DNA of 64,000 nt, taken from assembly GCF_910592395.1 (NCBI RefSeq), contig NC_088308.1:1550001-1614000 (forward strand). The letters run 5' to 3'. Of this stretch, positions 53,062 through 64,000 are shown piece after piece. Positions within the stretch are counted from its first letter, which is position 1, and every line of letters begins with the position of its first letter. This DNA is from Lineus longissimus (Eukaryota). Position numbers and translations under genes: made by a program. The notes under the pieces were generated by a model. It was not told the origin of the DNA, made no database searches, and was given only the letters and a program-made list of their open reading frames with translations.

Positions 53062-55188
53062 CAGAGTCTTTCTATACAAGGGTTGGGTCACTGGTTTCAA
53101 CATCAAAGACACCGCCCGTCTCGAACGACATGCGGTGGGACAGCGCTCTCTCGGATCACGTGGTACACCCAAGCCAACTTTTTAGGCCATATCCGCCATT
53201 TTGGTTCACTCGGAAAGTCATCGTCTCAATCTCTCTCACAAAGACATGTTTTTACTGCCTGAAGGGTATTAAGAATCGCTTTGAGTTGCTAAAATCAAGA
53301 TAGACTTTTATCTCACGGACAGTTAGGTATGTTTCAATTTGCGATATATGTTATTAGTTTTGCACCAATTGGTCATCTTTGTAGACTGTAGTTTTGACGG
53401 CGATTCGAAAAATGTCCAAATAGTTTTTTTTCTTCTCGCAGTTTTCCACATTTTTGTTGTTAGGCGTTCAGTATGATGTTGTTGTTGATTTGACTTTTTA
53501 AAAGATTCACATTGTTCTTTATGGTTTGATCTAACTTAATAATCGCGTGTGGTTAAAATTGAACCGAACAAACTGACGTTAGAGCGGGTTTTATTCGAGT
53601 CTCTGAAAAAAAAAACTAAAAAACGCCTGAAGAAAACGAAAAATTCTCGGATAGACAAAAAGTTGTTGTTAGCAGTTAGCATGTTTATCGTGCAAATTTC
53701 ATTATCATAGTACATTTGCTAATTAGATATAACTGTCTTCTTACTAAATAATCAACTCTTGCAAGGAGGATACCGCGGTGACGTCATATCACGTGATCAC
53801 GACCCATATTACTGATCGCTATGGCCAATCAGAATCAGTCTACTGACAGCACCAGCGCTGAACACATCTCCACGTCTCACTGTCTGGTGCGCTCCTGTAC
53901 ACAAAAACACCAATAGACATGAAATATTGCAATACCTAGTATGGATTCTTCCGGTGTAAAATAAAATTTACAGAGAAGATTAACTTCCACAAATAAAAAA
54001 GACGTTTGGCGTGGCCAAAGTGCGGAAATAATGTCTCCGCTAAAATACACTACGAAATACACTAGGCAATGCACTACGCGATACACGGTAGAGATGCAGT
54101 TGAGTTTGTTATTGTTTTGACTAAGAAGCCCGCCCATATCATGATATATTCATGTATTCATGAAGTATGAACTCATTTCTGTCCCATACAACTCTTAAGA
54201 ACAGTCAATTTCTCCTTAAATCATCACCGAAACGGCGATATCCGCAGGAAGATTTCGTTCTAGTGTCCGAAAATGCATGATCTTACAGGGGCGCTAACTC
54301 GACAAATAGAGGGGATCTATGCGAGTTTTAGGTCCTACAGGTCTCGAACTTGAAAAATCTGTAAACATGCCTCCAAATCCCATTATGATAATGAAGAGAT
54401 TGCCCCATATCTGGGAGACTGTTTTGAAACCATCGCTAATTTTGGAAGATCGGTGCCCGACTGTTTGGTTCTAAAAACCCTATTTTCCCCCATCAAAACA
54501 GCACTTTTCATTATTCAAATGATAACTTATTGTCTGAAGACTTATTTCATAGCAGAAAAGTACTAATAACTCTGATTTGATGCGAAAAATCTAACTTTAT
54601 TTGATGACTTGATTTTCCCCTTGGCCGTGGATCGAGTTTGTTTACAATATGCAGCGCCATCTTGGAAAAGCCGTGACGTCACCGCGGTATCCTTGCAACT
54701 CTTGTACCTTTTTAAGTTTTTAATCTTGAGTTATTATTATTACAAATTGGTCCCGTTTTCCTCAAATTGGTTCTGTCATTCAGCGGTTAAGTGTGTAGAG
54801 TACCCGGATGTATATGGCTTCATGCACAGGTCATGACAGATACTAGAAAAGGTTCGATGACAGGTTGAAATAATGTCATGCAAAGCATCATACTCAAAAG
54901 TACTCAAATCCACTGTTGTGTTATGTGTGTGGTTTACATTACCTGCATTACTCATTATTTCTCGGCTCCCTGCAATGTATGCCATGTGTTGATAACTTTT
55001 GTAAACAATAACACAACAGCTTGTGTTGTATTTGTATTGGTTAATTTGTTTTTTAACCTAACTTAAGTAGGCCTGGGCCTTATAATTGTAATTCCTGATT
55101 TGAGTCACCTGATGAAATGAACTTATTCACTCTGTTGTTTTATTTACCAGTTGTAATTTTTGTTGTTTTATTGTATAGAAAGACTCTG
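53062..55188. mobile_element. 2127-bp non-autonomous DNA transposon, P-element-like
   Basis: 18-bp TIR CAGAGTCTTTCTATACAA and 7-bp TSD CTGTAAT (53055-53061 / 55189-55195); the empty site is visible in array monomers. Confidence 0.82.
53762..54695. mobile_element. 934-bp non-autonomous Mutator-like element nested in the P-like element
   Basis: TIR CAAGG(AGG)ATACCGCGGTGACGTCA and 9-bp TSD CAACTCTTG (53753-53761 / 54696-54704). Confidence 0.8.
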
Positions 55189-56129
55189 CTGTAATGGAGA
55201 TTTTATTCGCCTCTTATATGCGGTATGCAAACGAGCGCGCCGCAATTGTGACAGGGTCTCGCAGGTGGCAGAGTGATTTGCCGAAATAGTTCCAAGTAAT
55301 CGTATCTTTCGATAGTTGTACAGATTTTTCTCAACATATCGTATTTATATACCTCAGTGATATTAGTGATTATCTTTGCAGTTGATTTAACGTTTTAATT
55401 GCCTCTTTTGAAGTTTTTAAAAATCGAGGTCAGCAAGGTCAGCAATAAATAGTTTTGAAAGAAATAGTAGTTGGCGCCGATGATATCAGCAATATGGCGG
55501 ATTTCCGCCCCACCCGTGAGATTTGCTCTCGTCACGTCATGAGCACATTGAACCGTGCTGAATGTGTACCGGCTACCGCTCTCTCCATCATCACCAATGA
55601 TTTTAATGGGTTTTAATTGAACGAGACAACGTCCTTAAGGATCCTTAACGTAACCGTTGAGGATAACGTGACCTTGTGCTTTTGTACAACCCAGCCCTGG
55701 GCTCGATTGCTTACAAGGGTAAAGCCTCAGACTCCCCTTTTTTATCCCAAGCCTGAGGACAGTGCAATTCAATTCAGGATACAAACAACGTGTTTTTGAC
55801 GATTCAAACAAAATATGACGTGCCCCAGAACCACAAAACGTTCTGGAAAACCTATGTTCACACCAAGGGTCAAGTAGAGTACACTGCCCAGTTGTATAAA
55901 ATTAAAATGCAAGATTTCTTTCTTTGCACAGGTTATCAAATGATCATAGGTCTACATGTAAGTGAATCAATGACTGTACACCAATTAACAATGAATGAGT
56001 ATCACTAATATTATTTGATCACCAATCAACAAATGTTTACCTGCTCTATTTTTTTTCATCGGTGATTTCTGCACTCTACAAGCTGAGCACACAGCACTGC
56101 GCGACGGTTGGCTGAAGTACAAATCAGCC

Positions 56130-58956
56130 ATGGCACCAAAAGTTAAAGGTATTTATATTTCATCCCGACTGGTTTCTTTTGGAGAAATATTGCGCGCTTT
56201 AATTTCGGTGCAGGAATTCTCTTTGCCTTCTCCCTGGCGGTTTCAGCGTTGAAGCTCGGGAGCAGTTCTTGTGTAAAAATCAATAATTACTATAACTATC
56301 TAAAAACCTACCAAAATTTTAATGAGGTACCTCTTGCAGGTCTATTGGAGCGTCTTGACGATGGCGAATATGTCATCATCGCCGAAGGATACGTCTTCGA
56401 ATTCGAGCGGAAAGGTTACCTGAGCGCTGGACCCTACACTCCTCAGGTTGTGCTGGAACATCCCCATCTCGTCAAGGCAATGCACGAAGAGTTCGTCCAC
56501 GCTGGCAGTGATGTCGTTCTTGCCTTCACGGTAGGTGTCTTCAAAGCTGATATTTCTCCTTTGCACTTTCACTGATCGGAGTAGGCTACTTTTGCGAAAC
56601 ATGCTGGAATCGTTCGGTGGACGCTTTTTCCAGAGAAAATCAACTTCCTTTCACACCGTGGACAATCATGCTATTCTCACGAAATGGGGTGATCCTCTTA
56701 ACCCCCGACTTACATATTTTTCAGTATTACGGAAACCGAGAAAAAATGCGCGTGATTGGATGGCAGGACCGCGTTGAAGAGATGAACATGGAGGCTCTCC
56801 GGATAGCCCGGGAGGTGGCCGACGAAACGGGCACTCTGATGGCTGGGAATATTTGTAATACTACCTGTTACGATCCTAATGATGAGTCCACATGGGAATA
56901 TACCAAACAGTGCATTGAGGTTAGTGCAAAGGATTGCAGATGAAAATATTAGTAAGTCTGGTGTATAGCAGAGACTTTATTTCGGCCTGCATGTTTGTAG
57001 TCGGTAGCAGCCACAGCACAATGTGCGAAAATATTGTTCATTCTATCACGGATATTCTATGTTCGATGGCAGAATAAGGCATATGAACATATTAACTGTT
57101 AGATATAAGTACCAAGTGAATTCGCCCCGAGCGTCGTCCTCAGTGACGAAAGGCACATTTAACTTCCCCGAAGTCCGTCCAGCCTGCGTGAAGGACGCTA
57201 CTTGCTGCTGACATGGAAGCTGTCAGTAGACCAAGATGACAATCGGAAAATCGAATGCGAGAAATGTTAACCAAATTCGTATGATTTCATTGCAGGAACA
57301 AGCGCAGTGGGCTGCTGAGGGAGGAGCGGACTTCATAGTGGGAGAAACATTCGCCGAATATGATGAAGCGAAGATGTGCTTGGATGCGATTTTAAAGCAT
57401 GGGAAAGGTGGAGCATTGATACGCCTCGGCGAGGCCGGGTGTATGGAAGACGACGGGGATGCAAATTAACGAGGCATCTGCACCTAGGCATGGCCGGTTT
57501 GAGGGTGACGGGGAGCAAATGGGGCTTCTATAATTCCAAGGCAAGGTCGGGCGCAGGAGGCGTCGTGGGTGCAATCCGCGAGGTACCGCTATAGGCGTGG
57601 CCGGGTGGAGGGTGTGTGGAGGGCGGTACAAACGGGGTTTCTACATCTAAGGCGAGGCCGGTGAAAGTGCCGGGGGTGCAAGCGAGGCATCTAAACCTAG
57701 GCGAGGCCAAACATTTGACAATTTGAGAGAGTCACATTCTACGATACACCGAGATTGATTAGGTTTCTGATTGCAGGTGCACCAGCAGTGGTAACATATT
57801 CGCCAATTATGGACAATACATTCATGTACCAGTCCATGACCTTGGCAGAGGGATGTCGGTTGTTGGAGGAACACGGGGCAGATGTAGTTGGGCTGAATTG
57901 CGCTCGCGGTCCGAAGACGATGCTCCCTCTGATCAAGGAAGTGAAGAAATCTTGCAAGGTGGGTGGAGCGCAACCTATAGACAACAAGAATCTTATACAA
58001 TAGCTCGCTCTCACCTGCTCCTGAAATCCCATTGTTGTCTTATCAAAGGGTTATCAGGGCGAATCTCGTTAACATCGACCACACGATACAGCTTACACGG
58101 GGGTCAATAGGCCTAAACGGCAAGTGTACAATATGCGTGCGTGTTTGCGTGTGCCGGTTCCTCATTGCGTGCGTGTGTCTATGAGTGTAAGTGTAGGACG
58201 TTCTCAAGTCGTAATTTCTTCTCCTGATACATGCTTTGTTTTCTTCAGGGGCACGTGGCCTGCCTTCCTGTTGCGTATCGTACTGATGAAGAACACCCCA
58301 CGATGCAGTCACTGGTCGGCATGGAAACAGGTAATGCCACTGATGTTTTCATTTGATATTGGCCAAAACTCACTGTGAAGGGCTTTCCGTGCCCTTGAAA
58401 GAAAGTTAGACTTTTACTAAGAATATAGTCGCCCATCAGGATTGAATATGGTTGAAAGTTGGTGAAACCATGGACAACTTTTTTTTCTTCTTGTACAGTC
58501 ATGTATGGACTTGGAGATGCAGCTTCTCAAACTTGCCCAAATTTCATATCTTTAAGATAAATTACCTTGTCGCCAAAGCTAAATATTATGGAGCTGTGAA
58601 TACTTTTAAATGTTTGAAATAAACATTGATCAATCAAAATGAAAAATGGTATTGGTTGTCTTCCAGGCACGCGAGCCTTTCCATTCGACCTGGACGAGTG
58701 GTTCATTGGGCGAACCGCTGTCGAGAACTTCACCAAGGAATGCATGGACCTCGGTATCAAGTACCTTGGTCTGTGCTGCGGGGGCTCCGCGCACACACTT
58801 CGGACCATGGCGGAGACAGTCGGGAAAAAGCCTGTGGGCAGCCAGTACTCGCCCAAGATGGAAATGCACACTCACTTCGGAAATAAAGATACTGGCATTG
58901 GCACTTATAACTTGTCATGTGCTGAGTTTGTGGACGCTGGCTTGGTCAACAAGTGA
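56130..58956 (+). CDS. BHMT: Betaine-homocysteine S-methyltransferase-like (bacterial-type clade), paralog B, 7 exons
   Basis: [34 protein letters not shown]...; intron positions match paralog A; GLNC and GLCCG Zn ligands; stop at 58954-58956. Confidence 0.9.
57425..57708 (+). repeat. Degenerate GC-rich ~55-bp minisatellite in BHMT-B intron 4
   Basis: ctaggcgaggccgg-like motif near 57425, 57484, 57537, 57590, 57647 and 57697. Confidence 0.6.
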
Positions 58957-59307
58957 TCGAGTGCATGTTTGCACAATTTGCCCATGTTGCCCTTATGCAG
59001 TGTAGTTTTAGAGACGTCAGGACTGTACACGGTTTCAATGCGAATCTGAACTGAGTGCAAGACGATTCATTATATTACATTTTTAATGCTCTGTATCATG
59101 GATTCCTTGATGGAAATTCTTAATCATAGAGTCTGTGGGCCATCATAGAATCTGTGATGCTCATCCTCCGTCATTACTGTGAAACAAAAAACCAAACCTC
59201 TTGTAAATTGAATTATACAGCTAACAATAGAACAATTCATTATATGTATGCAAGTTAATCTAATAAAATATCGGGCAACTATGATTAACTCATATTTTTG
59301 TTCCAAG

Positions 59308-62300
59308 ATGGCTTGGACTGAATCGATTTCATTTTGCCTCCTCATTTTTCTTGTCTTATTTTCGGGAGCTTCTTGCCGAGCATCATATCATGGGTAAGCC
59401 AGTTTTGAAACATATGACATTCTAATCGTGACTAAAACGTTATTCAGGCATGTGTTCTTGTCAGTTCATGTTCTTCTTCAGCGTTCGCCTGCACTTGGGT
59501 TAGATAGTGTCCAGCAAGTTTTGCTCCACCACGCCGGGATGTGCATTTTTGCGTGCCAGTACGGTCACGCGCCATTTGGGGGTAATTGGCATACATGCAG
59601 TACACTCCGAATGCAGTGGACCGGTCTCGTCCCTTGCCGAGGAAGGACGATCAGGATGACGAGATGGACTGCAAAGGAGTCTAACATGTAGTGACTCCGA
59701 CTTCGGCAATCGCAAGAAGCCAGAGGAAGAATCCGTCACAAGCTAAGCTACTCATGTTTCTCACTTTTGCTTCGGTCTGGTTAGCAGCCGGGTAAAAGGA
59801 ACCTTGGTTTTACGTCTCATTAAACGGAAGAGGCAATGTTGGGTAAGGTGTCTCGCTGAAGGACACAAGGACGAACTTAACTTTTGCCAGTTAGATTCGT
59901 GTCGAATCCGACCACGGTTTTTACTTTTGAGACCCTGCATACGTCTCGTGAGTTGTCATCAGCTGGACTGAATTGAAAGACGCTTCACCCTTCATCTTCA
60001 GCGATAAGGTGATAAGGGTGACCCCGGCGACAGAAGACCAGCTGCTCTTTCTTCAAGACATGTATGCAAACGGGAACGATAAGGTAAGGAAGTGCATCGA
60101 GAAAACTTTTAGAAGTCCTATCGTTCCTCCATTCGCGCCGTGAGGCATCGATAGCAGCGAGAAAGGTTGCACGTTCATCTGACTCCAACTCCAACTTCAT
60201 CTCCTGGGTAGAATAACAGCTATATATATGTATCTGGTGATTTGATTTCATTTGATAATTGACGAACGTTTTCGTATTCCATCTGCATCTTGGACCTGTG
60301 CATATGACCAATATAACGAAGTCTCCATGTCGTCGACCATCGCCATGGACTGATGAAACACAACGCGTCCCACAAACAAGCTATTTTTGCAGCTACTACC
60401 TGCGATAATAACGCTTCAATCTGGCACTGTGAAGATCACAGACCTTTGCACTACCTCACCGTAAGGGGTGCGAAAGCTGCCTATATTTTTCAATTTCTTT
60501 TTTAGATTGTCGATTTTTGGACCGACCCAGTAGGACTCGGTTTTGAGGTGGACATGCGCATCACCAGGTCCTGCTTCTGGTTGCTGGATGAGCTAAGACA
60601 GAATGGCCTGAAGCCAATCGTTGTCATTGATGATGTAGAGAAGTGAATAGAAAAAGATGATGTTGTTCCTAGTCCGAAGAAAACCAAGACCCGGGTTTCA
60701 AAGCCATGTAGATAGTTTAGCTACCGCTACTATAATACAGCCTAATCGTTTGGGGTTCCGCTACAACCGCTAAAACCTATGGCGGAACCCCATGGCCCTC
60801 GAAGATCCTCTTACGAGGTTTTGGCTTATAGCGACAGCTACATTGTACGGGTGGTTTAGCGGCCGCCCAACTACCGTTAACAGATAGCGAAGCTTTGAAC
60901 AACCGGGGTCAGATTCAATTGAATTTTCATAAGAAGTGTGACACTGGTTTATTTCCACTTTCGAAACTGTGCGAACATTTGATATTTCCGTTTTAGCTAG
61001 CAGTTATCCTTATCACCAATTATCAATTCTTTACGACATATAAATGTTACTGTCATATCTTTAGGTGCATTGATGACCAAGATGGCCGCAATCGTCGGAA
61101 GCGGATGCAGGAGGAGGAGTTCTCTTTTTCAACCTATCATACCTACGACGAAGTACGTATAAAGCGATGATGGCAGCACATGAATAATTCACGTATATTC
61201 TCTACAATAAAGTGTGTTTAATACCATGTTGAAACTATTTCCCTAAAGTTTTTATTCATGTGACGTTGGCACACCGAACGTCTGAGGCTCATAACGCTCT
61301 GTAGACTTTCTGATACGAGCAAATGAACTAGGCAAATGTTCATGTTTTCACCACGCCATCTAGCAATACGGTACGAGTGGTGAGATTTGTTTCTCCTTTG
61401 ATACAGATTATGGATTGGACACGGTCCAGATCAGAGGCCTGTCCCCCAGAACTTAACTGCTCCATTGAAGTTATAGGGAAGTCGTATGAGGGAAGAGATA
61501 TAATCGTTTTAAAGGTAGATTCTGATTTATTAAGAAGTCGTGAAGTTGTCGAAACCTAGCTTGAGGAGGGAAGTGGTACATGTACGAGAAACAAGGGATA
61601 TAAATCTGGTTGCAAACATTAACCTACATGTACCCACACGCTATGCGCAACATAGCTAGTTGCCTTCAACAGATCTTAGCTTCACAATCTGGAGGACAGC
61701 GTTTAGACCACCGGCTGGCAACAACAGTTGGTAAGAGCATGAGAATCCAGCGTTTGTAGAGTATACACCTACATTCTCAATAATAGTTCCACGGGCCTAT
61801 CTTCTGATCTTGAGGTCTACTGTACCATACAATATAATGTCATTTTCTAAGTACATTAATGTGCACGTACATGTATATCCTTTGGACTTCATATGAGTTG
61901 TTTTTTTCTTCACTTCCTCAGCTCGGTGTCCCAGGGAGGAACAAGACCGGTTTGTTTTTTGATTGTGGTATGCACAGTAGAGAATGGATTAGCCCTGCAA
62001 CCTGTCTCTATCTCATCAACGCGGTAAGTCTTAGTTTCAAGTTGCTAAATGGGGAACATGATATATATGTCACGAAGTTGTGTTGGACACAGTCATTTAC
62101 CATACATGGCTATAGCAACAATGGCCTGAGATTGCGAATGGAACAATATCCACCCGACTTCTATAAGTAGGGTCTTTGGGCTCTGTCACACCCGTCCTGG
62201 TCAGCTGCCGCGAATTTTTCCGGCTACCCAAGATCACAGACATGACCGAAACTTGGACCTCAATTGGTATACAGTCAATGGTCAAGTATGATGTTTTCAA

Positions 62301-63962
62301 AAAACAATGATGAACAAGGAGTCGCCCATTGCATTCTATCAGGCCTTGCACATTTCAACCAAATATGTTTTCTTGATTACAGTATATTGAGGGATACCGC
62401 CAAAATGACGGCCCGATAATTGATATGCTGACCACGTGGGACATCCACGTGATACCAATTGTGAATCCGGACGGGTATAACTACACGTGGACGGTGAATC
62501 GGCTGTGGAGGAAAACTCGCACCCCAAATATAGGCAGCGACTGTGTTGGGACGGACCCGAATAGGAACTGGGATTTTCACTGGAGAGGTACGTGTTACTC
62601 CGAAGATACTTTAACGTCTTCCAAACAATATACCAAATGTAGTTAAAAAAAAGTAGTTATCAAAGCTATGGTAACCTACTCCTGCCACAATAGTACAGTG
62701 GTCAGTAGACCGCAACTTCGACTTCATTATACAAGTGAATCACTCCTCCTTTCTAGCGAAAGAAGACCCGTGCCAGATTATATACCCCGGACCATACCCT
62801 TTCTCTGAGCCATGCGTCCAGGCTGTTGCGGACTATCTACTTGATAGAACCAACGTCCTCGTCTACATCAACGTGCATTCGTTCGGGCAAATGTGGTTGC
62901 CATCTTGGGGGTACACTCACGAACTACCGCGAGACTTCGACGACTTGGTAAGAGATCGGCTTAATAGAATGTTTACAAGCGGGAACCATCCATGAGTCGA
63001 AAGCCAGTGGGATGTTTCTGAGTGTTTCCGTTTCATAGCGCAAGTCCTCATCGTTCGGGAATGCTGAAAAACAGAGCGACTCGTACCTCTATGTGTTAAG
63101 CCTTGCCAACTGTTATTCCCTTTGTCTTGTCCCGGCACATTCCATCGGTCCTACCTGTCAGGGAACACCGATTGAGAAAGGGGGTACAACCAAAAAGGTT
63201 ACACCAGGTCTTTTTATAGCGGAAGAGCGAGAGTAACATTGTGCAATCGTACTACATTTGTACATTATTTCAATTCAATCGAGCTTAATTTACTACTTGC
63301 TTTGCAATACAAAATTCTTAACCATGATGGGCTCAAGTATATACATGTAATCAAAAAAGGTATATTATGTTGATCTATAATGTCTATAATGTGATAATTT
63401 TGAATACATTATCAGACTTCTTCAACATGCTCTGGTTCATTACTTCAGGAAAGGGTTGCTCAACGCGCCGCCCGTGCCTCCAGAATAATATTTGGCAGCG
63501 AGTACAGAGTAGCAACCAGTGGCCAGCTTCTTGGTAAGCACCTACAGCAATTCATTCGCTCCCCTATTCCATTTAGATATATCGCAAAAGAAAAGATTGA
63601 TAATTTTTCGGACTCAATTTTGTTGTGAAAAAGTGAAGAACAAGCAAGGACCTTTACAAGCGACAACTAGTACACTGTACAGTACTCAACATCCCTGCTA
63701 CATTTTGGCATGTGTGCTAGTAACGACCATCATTCTTGATTTAAGGAATATTTCTTTTTCAGTGTCAAATAGAGGCGTTGCAAAGGACTGGATGAAGGGG
63801 GTCGCGGGTGTTAAATACACTTACACCCTTGAACTTCGAGATAGAGGACAGTACGGGTTCCTCCTTCCTGAGGATCAAATCATACCAACTGGAATTGAAA
63901 TATTTTATGCATTTGAGGCACTCTTGAATGAAGTGGAAGAAATTGAACACATTAATGCTTAG
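59308..63962 (+). CDS. Secreted M14A metallocarboxypeptidase (CPA/CPB family) with propeptide, 10 exons
   Basis: Signal [23 protein letters not shown]; propeptide [39 protein letters not shown] (H69, E72); NPDGY, WRKTR, DPNRNW, HSFGQ (H196), [16 protein letters not shown] (E270). Confidence 0.92.
59790..59960 (-). mobile_element. tRNA-SINE remnant in carboxypeptidase intron 1
   Basis: aaggtgtctcgctgaaggacacaa is the reverse of the common SINE motif TTGTGTCCTTGAGCAAGACACTT, next to a degenerate B box. Confidence 0.35.
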
Positions 63963-64000
63963 ATTATCACCAGTCTTTTGCCTTCTCGACTAGCGGTGAA

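Larger units (their letters stand above)
48768..55601 (+). repeat. Single diverged copy of the array monomer interrupted by nested insertions
   Basis: 48768-49279 matches monomer positions ~403-958, 52961-53061 matches ~955-1051, and 55189-55601 matches ~1045-1273 plus 1-~318 (MITE-free). Confidence 0.9.

Noticed and set aside
60393..60460. Extra carboxypeptidase exon (tgcag...gtaag)
   Set aside because: 68-nt length would shift the frame; exons 60002-60083 and 60506-60642 already join in frame into a canonical propeptide.

Overview
Eukaryotic, intron-rich window with a repeat and gene content typical of a marine invertebrate (inferred). Bases 1-10036 are a near-perfect tandem array of 1167-1288 bp monomers arranged as a 4895-bp four-monomer higher-order repeat (two copies plus a partial monomer). 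Each full monomer carries a degenerate tRNA-derived Pol III-like unit, and some carry a 118-bp MITE. Eight spliced protein genes follow: LRRC45 (-), CISD1-like (+), RSAD1 (-), SNX25 (+), a bacterial-type BHMT paralog (+), a TspO-like membrane protein (-), a second BHMT paralog (+) and an M14A carboxypeptidase (+) with Lys255/Val248. Mobile DNA includes an IS3EU-type transposon whose centre is replaced by an L2 LINE, a young poly(A) retroposon with a hammerhead-like core, and a diverged single copy of the array monomer (48768-55601). That copy has taken up a CR1 LINE, a P-like element and two Mutator-like elements, and two of these insertions bracket its tRNA-like unit. All exon models and family calls come from reading and recall, not database searches.
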